A stretch of DNA of 32,804 bases from the NCBI GenBank assembly GCA_910592345.1, contig CAJVPI010000369.1:1-32804 (forward strand), in the 5' to 3' direction. The first letter of the stretch is position 1, and every line of letters starts with the position of its first letter. This document shows, piece by piece, positions 21,301 through 31,553 of this stretch. The notes beneath the pieces were generated by a model, which was not told the origin of the DNA, searched no databases, and saw nothing but the letters and a program-made list of their open reading frames with translations. This stretch comes from Paraglomus brasilianum. Its lineage: Eukaryota. The translations under genes and the position numbers were made by a program.

Positions 21301-23265
21301 TTCATTCTCTTTTGAAGACAGTTCGACTCCCTTCTTAGTGGGAACTAGTCCGCTTGCACTATGGTTGCGTGAAAGCGGAAGCTGTAATTTGGTAAGTGCG
21401 TTATTATCGGCTGGTTTAATTGGCATCGTTTTACTTCTTATTGGAGCTGGTATTGCTGGCGATGGTGTTTGATTTTTTCTACTATCGTCATCAAAGTAAA
21501 CAGACGACCCATTGGTTGTACTCTTCTTTAGACCATTAGATTTAGTTTTTGCTGCAGTTGTTTCGTAGGCGCTTCGTCTCCTGTTAAATTCTTCAGACGA
21601 AGGTGTATTAGGATTTTTGGATGTTTTCGATGACATAGATGTATCTATGGTCATTCTCTTCTTCTCTTTCTTTTTTACAGAATCTTTTTGCTGTTGCAAT
21701 TTCTCTTCTGATCGAGTAGACTTGAGGGATTTTTTATCTGAGGTTGATGCCTTTATGTCCGAAGTCAATGCAAGTCCTATTCCCGATATATCGGGTAGGT
21801 ATTTATGCGGCTTTATATTTGCTAGCGAAGGAAACTCTGACGTAGTGCCCGTGGTAGTCTTCCTTCTGAACATTGATAGTGGATCGTTGTTCGAAGTTGT
21901 TGAACCTATTGATCCGTTTGTATTTATCCCATTAGGAGTGTTGGAATCTTGTACGCTTGTTCGTCTTGTCATTCTAGGTTTGACTGGTGTTGACGGCGTT
22001 GCCGCCGGGCGATTCTTGATAGATGTCGACGATACTGAAGAACGACGGCCCCTACTGTCAACACTAAGTGTATCAGACATAAATATAAAATGTAATATGT
22101 TAGCATACGTGTCGGCATTAAAAAATCGTTGTAAAAGCGATACGAGAAGAAAAGTATTCGAAATAATTAATTTTATAAATAAGATCTATGTGACAGAAAC
22201 AGTTATAAGAAAGGAACACCAAAATACTGCAAAGTAAATGAAATGCAACAATATTAGTAGTAAAACTCTGTAATCAAAAGGTTGTAATTCAAATAGTCAA
22301 CATTATTATATAAGCAAATCGTCATTAATCAAATAAACGTCAAATTAATTATCACGAATACCCATTCTTCTCCACCAAACATTCTAATTCTAATGATATT
22401 TAATTTTCAATATTGATAAGTAATGCTTGATATAAATAACAGGAAATGAGAGCAAGCGAGCGGTATATAATCAATAAACCACAAGAGGAAGGGATAAGCG
22501 GTGCGGAGCGAGAGGAGAGTGCAGGCTGAACGGATGAATAGAGTGTAGCAACTTTGACATGGTGTTGATGACGATGGTGGTGGTGATGGATGATGGGTGA
22601 TGGGTGATGGGTGATGGGTGATGACGATAACCTCGACGACGATGGAGACTGATATAAGAGCATGGGATATCGTAACAGATAAACTACTAATCAAGTGCAT
22701 TAACTATAAACTAAGACTAATGTATCAACAATGCAATGTTACATCAGATGCTTCGCAACAATCATATCTAGTCTTGTGATATCTATAATATAACTAATGT
22801 CATTATACTCTCTCTCTCTACACTCATTCTGATTCTCTCTCCACCCTGCATCATCTTATCTGCTCCAAAGCCACCTTAAATCCCTTCTCTCTGTCGCTCT
22901 TTCGAATCTGTTCTCGGCATAAACATTACTCACCCATACCCAGGTTTACCAATCTCTCCGTCATCATCTTTTTCAATGTTATCATCTTGGATATGCTGTT
23001 CCCGTCTTCTAAATAAACTATCCATCCTGGCTAATATATCATTTGCAGCACTCCCAAGTTCCTTCTCAACCTCTTGGAGCTCATTGAATGTGGTTAATAC
23101 CTCTGCTTGCACTTGTTTGTACCTTCTGTTTTTGCTGTGGCGTTCTGACTTGTGTTTATGAGAAGAGTCAGAAGAAGCGGTGGTCGAAGAAGGAACATCC
23201 TTTTGTTTTGATTTCTTGTGAATAGACGTTATTGACTGAGACACTTGTGGAGCATTATCAACCAT
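18375..23265 (-). CDS. Class-2 DYRK dual-specificity kinase (Pom1/DYRK2-like), ~1167 aa
   Basis: Exons 23265-22934, 22063-20896, 20685-19735, 19620-19393, 19305-18790 and 18683-18375 (3504 nt, all GT-AG, phases consistent). Motifs: NAPA-like [20 protein letters not shown] box [36 protein letters not shown], activation loop [13 protein letters not shown]. Long S/T/P-rich N-terminus as in Pom1. Attachment of exon 1 through an 870-nt intron is less certain than the rest. Confidence 0.93.
22591..22623 (+). repeat. (TGATGGG)n heptamer repeat, about 4.7 copies, in kinase intron 1
   Basis: Read directly; it explains the His/Pro-rich spurious ORFs at 22400-22700. Confidence 0.9.
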
Positions 23266-26200
23266 GGTGAATGTATGAGTATCGTCTATATGCTGACAGT
23301 CGAGAGCCTGGTTAATGGGATGAGTGTTGTAGGAATTTTTTACTACTCTTTTTTCTTTTGGTTAATTGACTTGTTGCCCAACTGACTTGGTTAATTGAGT
23401 CACTGATTACACCAAGTCGGCTGTTTTGTCGCTACTGATTGTTGTGGCGGTTGTTTGTCGCAGTAGTAGCAGTTGGTATAGTTGGTTTGTTTTTGCGGGT
23501 AGTTTATTTATTTCTGCGTTTGCAGTTGTCAGAGATTTTTTCAGGTTACGAGCGGGTGGTTGTTGTGACCAGGAAATGGAAGCCTGTCTGTGGTAGGTTA
23601 GGCAGCGCTGCAGTTGACAGCCGAGTAGCCGAATTAGTTATGGTAATAGTGTGTTCTATCGAGCAGCAGTTGAATGAGCGCTGGCTTTTGATAGTCTGCG
23701 AGTTTTATGAACCGTATGTATCATGACATACAGAGTGAGAGTAGGAATGAAAGAGAGAGTGACTTGTTGCCTCTCTTATTCAGGTATACTATTTCGGGTG
23801 AGTATAATGGTTGTTAGTATTGTATGTGAGTGCGAGTGGATGGGTGTGTAAGTCTCTTTTGGTATTTTGCTATTACTCTTTTTTATTCAGTTAAATTTTT
23901 TTAAACATGCTATTCTGTCATGTTCTTTGGGTTAATTCTGCTTACTCTCAGTAGCTATGATAATCGTTTTTGTTGTAGACAATGTATAATAATAAAGCAA
24001 AGCGAGTATGTGGGCTTTGATTGGATGATGATCGGATGATGATTGGAGTTCTAGCTCAGCCATCACTATACATGCGTATCACAAAGTGAGTAGAATAATG
24101 TGCATTGTGGGTGAGTATTCTGGAGAAAATCACAAATTTGGGTGTTGGTGAGAGGATTGTAGACGGTCTAATAAATAAAAACAATACACAAGACCTTTTG
24201 GTAAACAGTAATATTAATAAATCGATCAATTAATTGAAATTGGCTCTTGAATGGTTTAAAATTTTTTATCACCCTCTTTTCCCCCCTCTTATTAATTAAG
24301 GTCGGCTGAAAAACATTTTCTAATGATGTAATTCCCAAACATAATATTAAATACGTTGGGATTCATGGCAAAGCCAGTTACACAACACTACACAGGTCAT
24401 GCCACAAAAAATTTGGTAATTATAATCCTGTGACTTTGAATTGCGTAGTCTAATATTAATATGTGATGTGTGATGTGAGAACACCACATTTTCTGGGTTG
24501 AGAGGAAACTATCTCTGAACAGGCAAGTTAGTAGTAGACCTCACACACCGGAATCCAAATTATTCCAGGTCACTAATACTAATAGCAATTTGTTCAAGCC
24601 GTGACTGGGTTATGTTAATGTATGCGCATTTGTATTGTTTCCGCCTACTTATTACTTTACAACCGATTTATACGATATCTTCGAGTGAACAATGGGTTTG
24701 TGTGCAACACAAATCAAAGACAAGATGGTAAGAGTGTCATGCAAGCGATTCCTGTAATCGCCCTTTGCCATTTTGTGACTTTCCATAAAAAAATATATCA
24801 TCTGAATTTGCACATATCCGTGGGAGCAGATTGCTAAAAATCAGCTGGTAACTTGTAGGTCGAACGCTTATCTATGACTTCATAGGGCAAATAGTCAAAT
24901 ATACTATAATTGCGCATTTTATATGCTTGAACAATAAACTGCAACATTATACAAATTTGAACGCCAATCTTTTTGGGCAAGTCTTTATAAATTTGAAAAG
25001 GCCGTCTCCGGGATCTAGTGTTTAATAGGAGCAACGTGAGTTTCTGAGAAACAAACATTGAAATAAGCAAATAAATCGCAACTAGCGTAACGTCCTTCGC
25101 CATTCACGCTGACATGCTGAGCGCCCTGATCTCCAGTTCTTTACCGCCAGTATAATGCATTCCATACGCACTGATAACTCTGGTCAAGGATATTTAACAG
25201 GTATAAAAGATGTAATTTTCGCAAATGCAGAAGCGATCTACCAGTTACACGGGTTAAATTGCTTACTGTGATTGGTATGTATTGGGCATATGCATGTGAT
25301 AATCATCTTATCGCCAATATATCTGTTATTCGAAAATATGCCCATGCATCAGTAATTTGATATATAACTGTGTATACCTGGTGTATACCTGGTATATACT
25401 GTTCGCTGTGCATTAGATACGACCTGGTGCATCGTGGTGAGCGCGTACGGTATATCAGCAACATGCTTCGTAACGATCCCTTTGATATACGTATAATACA
25501 GAGCGTAGATTTCCCTGTGTGATTTGCATATGACACGTAGTTTCGAATGTGCTAACACAATGCATGTTTTCAAGGATGACTTTTTTTTTTCCGTGAGTGC
25601 CGTCATCGCAGGTTTGCATTACAAATATTACTATTGTTACTACGATAGTAGTAAGTATTAGATTAGACACAGATAATCTGTATACATAATAATAAGTAAA
25701 TCTCAATATTAATATGGGACTGCTTAAAACAAAATCAGTTATGATCGAGTGTCTGAGATACATTCATGTGATCTTCCTTGCTTTTTTCCTTTGGTATTTT
25801 TGAATAAGACATCTGGTACTAGTATGCCCAATCCTTGTAAACTCATACGCACGAAACTGGGTCAATACAAGTATTGGAGCAGTGTTCCATGTAATCGCAG
25901 AAAACATCGAACGACTTTATAAACATACCAGCATCTTGGACTCTCGAATGATTGCTGCTAATGCATTATATGGTCTTTCATGACACTTCACATATTAGTA
26001 ATTGGAGTTTTTTCATATCCAAAATTTTGTAAAAGCGAGAACGGTAAACATGTGTTACACTCAAGTAAGTTATGCGAACACTAAAGTCGTGCTTGCATAA
26101 TGCAGCGTGTCGCATAATAATGACAGATAACAAATTGTTTGGCCAGTCTCGTGACAAGTTTCGCCGCGGGTTGAATTTTCTCTTCGGTTAAAAAGACGAA

Positions 26201-26779
26201 ATCACGCCGAACTCACACTGGGTTGTCTATGTATTGCGTTAACAACATTAACATCCCACCCAAATATCTATTAAAACTAATTTGGTTGGTATTAGTATGT
26301 TACACTGAATTATGTAAATGCGGGGAATACATGCTAATAATTATGACTACCCGCTATTACTATAGCGACATTCGTGGCTTGGAAATAAAAGTCGTATGCC
26401 ATTGAATACATAATTAAACAGAACTAATTATTTGCAATGACTTAATTGACGTTCCTTTGCGTGAAAAAAGTGGCTAGAATATTATCAACCAGTATGCATT
26501 GGAAACCCCCTTCCCCCCACAACAGGTTTAAGATCTTGTTTTATCGTCATAATTTAACCTCAGCCCCCAGTTTCAAACATATTGGCCTGTTTTGCAAAGT
26601 TCTTCGGGCAATTGATCTCTAATCACAGTAGTTTTCGTAAGCCAAGAATGGTGAACAAACGATGGTCGAGAGATTTACTGTCGAGGGGACTTGCCGAAAG
26701 AATGTGATGTTAAGAAAACGTGACACTGCGCTTATCAAATGTTATCTATCCTGTGAAAATTGACATCACTCATACAACA

Positions 26780-27966
26780 ATGAAATTCGGAAAGCATTTG
26801 TTAGAAAATCAAGTGGAAGGCTGGGCTGCAAACGTAGGTATACATATTAATATGGGGGAGAGATTCAAACCTGTTTCGAGAAACAGACTCGGCTATTCTG
26901 TATAAATCAGACCAGATTTTGAATGGAGAAAATTGGTGCACTCTTACTAATGCAAGACCACTAAAAGTATGTAGACTATAAAAAGCTCAAAAAACTATTA
27001 AACCGTTTCAACCGGTAAGCACTTTATGAACATTCGAGATAAGAAGGAACAAAACTTAAATTTCGTGTTTGATAAGCTGTACTTGGTACCAACAAGGATC
27101 TCGCCGCATTCATACGTCTCCCTTGATGAATCACCCGTTTGAAAAGCGCGAGTATGCTGTATATAATATTTTATTCACGCCGTCCCTTTCTCTTTCTCCT
27201 TTAACGTGGCTTGTTCGTTAGACAAAATTTTGCACATTACGCTCCATACACAGCGGCAGTGGAAAAAGAGTTTTTTGAAACTGTCCGCAGAGAAGTTGAC
27301 AAGGCCGAGAAATTTTACGTGGATATATTGGACATTTTAAAGACTGACTTTCAGGATTTGGTCTTGCAGAGCTATAGATTGGTGAGTGGTTACAATCTTA
27401 TAATAACGATCGAGAAAATAGTTTCTACAAATCCCCTTCATTATTGGATCGTATGTATGCATTGGTATCTCAATATGTTTGTTTATGCGTAACCTAATTT
27501 GTTATCATTCATGCAGAAACAACCACATACCCGCAAATCAACCACTTCCTCTTCTTCCCTCCCTCTTACTTCTTCTCCTGAACCGCACTATCGTCCAATC
27601 GCCTCTGAGTTACATTGCCTGATCCAAACCTTAAACTTGTTAAAATACAATTATCTTCCATTTAGTAAGCTAGCAATTAAAAAGATTTTCAAGAAACATG
27701 ACAAGATTGTCGGAGCCGTTGCAGTGAACCAAGAGATGGAAGCGTTAAAGTACGACGTTATAGACACGATCACAAACAAAAAGGCATTTTGGGTTAAAGG
27801 GGAGAAGAACGTTGGAGAATTATTGAATGAGGCTGAGGTAAGATGTTTGAAAGGAAATTGTGTGTTGAGTTTTTAAGAAGAGACGATTAATAATTGAGGG
27901 GGACAAGGATCGTAGAGAAGATTTGGAGCATCTGCAGTACATATCGTGTCAGAGAGGCTTCATTAA
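26780..27966 (+). CDS. Stand-alone SPX-domain protein (~210-235 aa)
   Basis: Exons 26780-26833, 26968-27014, optionally 27077-27151, then 27222-27381, 27517-27837 and 27916-27966. SPX hallmarks: MKFGKHL, YVDYKKLKK, FFETVRREVDKAEKFY, KKIFKKHDK. The last-exon acceptor is ambiguous (an alternative frame stops at 27980). No further domain seen downstream. Confidence 0.85.
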
Positions 27967-28987
27967 GAGTGATTATCTGATAGTGTTACCATCATACGCT
28001 GTGGACATTTGCTGAATTAATCCATTATCAACCTTTTTTCTGCATAGAACTTTCAATTGGAAATATGCAAAATGTCTATTCGAAATTATTGCGACATGAT
28101 CCCTTGAGACATCGAACTCCATTAACTCCACTGGACGTGTGCATTTTCTTTTTTACGTGACATTTCCGTCATGTACTGCACAGACCATAACTGAGACTGG
28201 TTTTTGAAGTTGTTAATAATGAGGGTTGTGGTCTCGACTTTTTCTTTTTATCCGACACTTATATCATAACTTTTGTCAGTATCCGACAGTAGTACACGAA
28301 CACTTCACTTCTAACGCATTTGCCAACACGGATAATAGAGTTACAATTTCAAAAAATAACAATTAATATTAATTGTCTTTTTGCATCATCAAGAACATTT
28401 TATGTTTATTTGCATCTCATCATTTATTTCATTCTGATTAACAATAAATCGGATTTTTTACCGTTCTTTATTTGTCCTGGATCAATAACTATTTATTCTT
28501 ACACATATTTTCTTTTTACTCTCTACCCACTCACTATCTTAAATTCATACCTTTCTGCCAAACAAGGAACAATAAACTAATCGGATTGAAGGAAATGACT
28601 TTTTTATTGTTGCGGCTCCGATTTGAGTAGTCAAATTTTCGGTCGTATATTTCATAACTTATATGAATTCAAACGAAAAATCGCTGAAACACCGACCGAT
28701 TTGTCTCAATCAGTATTGTCATCGTCTATTGACATTGTTGGATTATTTTAATATTAAAATTTGTTGATTCTATGGATGTGTATATAAATACGCACACAAA
28801 CAGGAATATACTATAAGATTGGTTCATTGTCCAAGTAATTAACAAGAATGACCGGTATAGCGATCAGCACCGCTATACGAGGGAGCCTAAAACCTCGCGC
28901 CAACTTTCCGTCCTTTGCGTATTATCTCGTAATTGGCGATTGATGATCATGACTTCAATGTGACTTCTTACTTTTCTTTCTCAACTA

Positions 28988-29105
28988 CAGTCAAACTCTT
29001 TATACCGAGAACTGGTTTATACCGATAAAGTTCGTTTACCCGAACCAGTCCTACTGGATTATACTGCTTATGCCGATAAACTTCTTTATTGGCTATACCG
29101 ATACA
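28988..29105 (+). mobile_element. Solo left end of a pogo/Tc1-mariner-type element
   Basis: TA+CAGTCAAACTCTTTATACCG followed by repeated subterminal TATACCGA/TATGCCGA motifs (4 copies). The right TIR is not in the window. Confidence 0.6.
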
Positions 29106-29122
29106 ATCTTCGGAACGGTTGA

Positions 29123-29243
29123 TGTTCTGACCCAAATCGTAATTCGATGTTATCACATAGTTATTAGTGCTGTTGTACAGATAAAGTTCATTGGTGGCCA
29201 GAGCATCACTTTGTGCTTATTGTGGACGATTTGGGTCAGAACA
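29123..29243. mobile_element. 121-bp MITE with perfect 18-bp TIRs and TGT...ACA termini (Ginger-like)
   Basis: TGTTCTGACCCAAATCGT (29123-29140) and ACGATTTGGGTCAGAACA (29226-29243). TGT/ACA ends are typical of integrase-type (Ginger) DNA transposons. Flanks TTGA / TTAT do not form a clean TSD. Confidence 0.75.
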
Positions 29244-29289
29244 TTATGGATATCGCACCCCCCATACACTACTATTGAACCAAAGCAAC

Positions 29290-29980
29290 GTGCTTCAAAT
29301 GACGAATTCTTATCGCTAGAACCCTCAATTTGAAAAGAATTTGGCGAAGTATTACAAGAACTCGTGCAGAAAATGGAAGAAGAAATTAATTGCCACGATT
29401 TTTATATTTCTGTGCAAGTAGGAAAAGAAAATAAGTTAATAAAAAACGAAAGAATTGGGGAGAAAGTTTTTCTGAACTAGATCAACTAGAATATTACTCT
29501 TGTGCTGTTTCCCAAAATTCACTTTGCAAAAATGATGAGGCAGAAACCGCGGAGAAGGAAGACCACTTAATAAAGCCGGTAAATTTGTTGGTACCATGGA
29601 AAACGAAATAATAGCTGAAAAATTAAAAGATCCTGAAGCATATTACTTAAAATGAAAAGGTAATAAAGACTATCTTAAACATAAAGAACAAAAATTGAGA
29701 GAATGAAGAGAACAAAACCGAGGAATAATCTCTCAATTGAAAAGTGAGATTAAACAAAAAGAATGAGAAATTGAAAATATCGGCGCATGACAAGGAATTA
29801 CAAAACAAAAAAAAAGCAGAATTAGCTAGATTAGAAGCTCAAATAGAGAGTGAAAGAGAAGTTGCTAATCGAATTCCATGAATTGGATTAGGAATAGTTT
29901 TAGCTATTATTATTATCACTACACTAAGCACATATTTATTAATTAATGAGGAACTAAAGAAAACAGAAAATTACTGGTAA
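29290..29980 (+). pseudogene. Bacterial-type gene fragment read with genetic code 4 (TGA=Trp): coiled-coil protein with C-terminal membrane anchor, Mollicutes-related endobacterium-like
   Basis: Frame 29443-29826 is 128 codons with no TAA/TAG, no TGG and 7 TGA. The preceding frame reads LEPSI(TGA)KEFGEVLQELVQKMEEEI. The following frame reads KAELARLEAQIESEREVANRIP(TGA)IGLGIVLAIIIITTLSTYLLI...TAA29980. Strongly A-rich K/E codons, no intron signals, at least two frameshifts. Confidence 0.7.
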
Positions 29981-30045
29981 TTCCGATTAAATAAGAGAAC
30001 AAAGTTTACTTCAACATTTTTTTGTTTAGTATAAAAATTACTTAA

Positions 30046-30474
30046 TTACATTTTGCATTGGCTAATGTCTTTAAATTCATCTCTAACAAATGGGTGAATA
30101 TTATTATTATGATAAAGATATTCTTGTCTTTTGTAATCCAAATAAGGAATTAGTACTAGGATGGAAAAGGATTTAATTTCTTTGATTATTTTAGAGATAC
30201 TTGCTTTTCTGGTTTTCAATAAATTAAATTCAGTATAGCACTATTAGCAACTGTTTGAGCTTTGACAATTCCAGGATTAGTTGCTTCAAAGAGAAAATGC
30301 TGATATTTTTGTAAACCATTCAATTTCTTAAACACAGAATTAAAATCTAAGTATCAAAAGCCTTTCCCATTGTCACAACACTAAGCTTTGTTTAATCTTG
30401 CTGTACTCAGTCTTTTCACAACCTCAACAACATGATCTACAGTATAGTTTCTTGGTCAATCCAAAACTACCATT
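30046..30474 (-). pseudogene. C-terminal fragment of a transposase-like protein (DUF7869-type/Sola-like)
   Basis: NGSFGLTKKLY / YTVDHVVEVVK..LNKA*..NGKGF*YLDF..FKKLNGLQKYQHFLFEATNPGIV / LDYKRQEYLY..IHPFVRDEFKDI. This follows the FGLIK...KKxxxIxKYHHFxF..PGxV...RQxYLY..IxPF..DIxCP pattern I recall for that family. Has stops and frameshifts. Confidence 0.6.
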
Positions 30475-31190
30475 TAGAATGTCCAGAAGAAGACATAAGT
30501 TCTGGCAAAATCAGTCAGCATGCCTACTGGTTTGCATGTTGACATATTGTTCACAGCAAATAGCTCAACAATAACCTGGTTTTCATCATTATCCTGTAAT
30601 GTAATGAAATGTCAGTACAACTGTGGATTACCAAGAAAGCACTCAGAGTTTTCACCACAGAACCTTTTTCAATTCAAAAAATAATGTTATAACATCTTGA
30701 TCATGAAATGCTCAAACTCTTGATCTCTAAGTGTTTGGATATCAATTTGGGGAAGAGTATATTTCTCAAAAAAGCTGTCTGGATAAACAATTACATCAGT
30801 TGTACCATGAGCCCTACTGAAATTCCATAGCTGCTTATTCGCATGAACATCCTTCACAATAAATTTGTCAACATATGGAGATCCTAGGAATGTCTCCTCA
30901 ATGTACTTGGTATACTGCACTGCATCCATGTCACCTTTCCATCAGTACCATAGTGTTTTGCAAGTTTAAACATCTTCTCTGTGTTCATAGAAGACAGAGC
31001 AACTGTCTTGTCAGCATCAAAATGATGCTTTAGCTCCTTGAGATCAATGCTGTATGTCTCCAACATATGTCTAATATCACTTACAGTCATCAGGCCTACA
31101 GAGAAATACACAAGATGTTATTCAGCAGAGAAGTTTTTTGTGCAACCATCAACAGATCCTTACTCAGTGGTTCACTTGTACCCAGCTCTA
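30475..31190 (-). pseudogene. Crinkler (CRN)-like restriction-endonuclease-fold gene remnant
   Basis: QYTKYIEETF..KDVHANKQL..HGTTDVIV / LFFELKK / ENQVIVELFAVNNMS.CKPVGMLTDFARTYVFFW follows the GTTDV-ELKK-QAxxEL-LTDL-FFW pattern of CRN C-terminal REase domains. Intron-like signals at ~31163-31096 (GTAAGG..TAG) and ~30663-30594 (CTGAC..CAG). Frameshifted and truncated. Confidence 0.6.
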
Positions 31191-31553
31191 TTGAAAAGGA
31201 ACCAATATGCACAACAAGACAGAAAGAAGCGAGGTTCCAGTGAACAGTGACTGTAAAATTCTATTGAAGTGTTACGGCAAGCTGATCTGATGAATCAGAT
31301 AAGTTAGTCACATGATAAAATCTTCCTCCGCAGTTAAACAAACCCATGATCGGCACTAATTTTAGTTTAGTAATACAGATATTAATTTAGTAGCGTGTCG
31401 CAAAATATGTGACAGCACAAACGCTAAAATTAATTGTTCTTCATAATATAATAATTTATATAGAAACGTGTCGTTTTTCTTGTGACAGAAAAGATATATA
31501 AGTAGCTCTTCTTTCATCGTCAAATGATATAATAAATAATGTTGAATGTTATA

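Noticed and set aside
19858..22237. + strand ORFs of up to 206 aa opposite the kinase
   Set aside because: Antisense shadows of the kinase exons.
10224..23265. CEP192-like gene and DYRK kinase as a functional cluster
   Set aside because: Both could act in cell division, but they are ~5 kb apart and adjacency in a eukaryote is not evidence without conserved synteny.
24834..25763. Short minus-strand ORFs and the 11-bp tandem GTGTATACCTG repeat
   Set aside because: No recognisable motifs or consistent splice structure; likely non-coding.
26717..26722. AACGTG (CACGTT) Pho4-type site upstream of the SPX gene
   Set aside because: A single 6-mer is expected by chance many times in 33 kb.
29290..29980. 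NUMT (mitochondrial code also reads TGA as Trp)
   Set aside because: No resemblance to respiratory genes or LAGLIDADG/GIY-YIG ORFs, and the coiled-coil plus tail anchor fits a mollicute protein better. Not fully excluded without a search.
30475..31250. CpG-poor ORFs as a negative-strand RNA virus insertion
   Set aside because: Intron-like signals and CRN-type motifs explain them better, and no RdRp motifs were seen.
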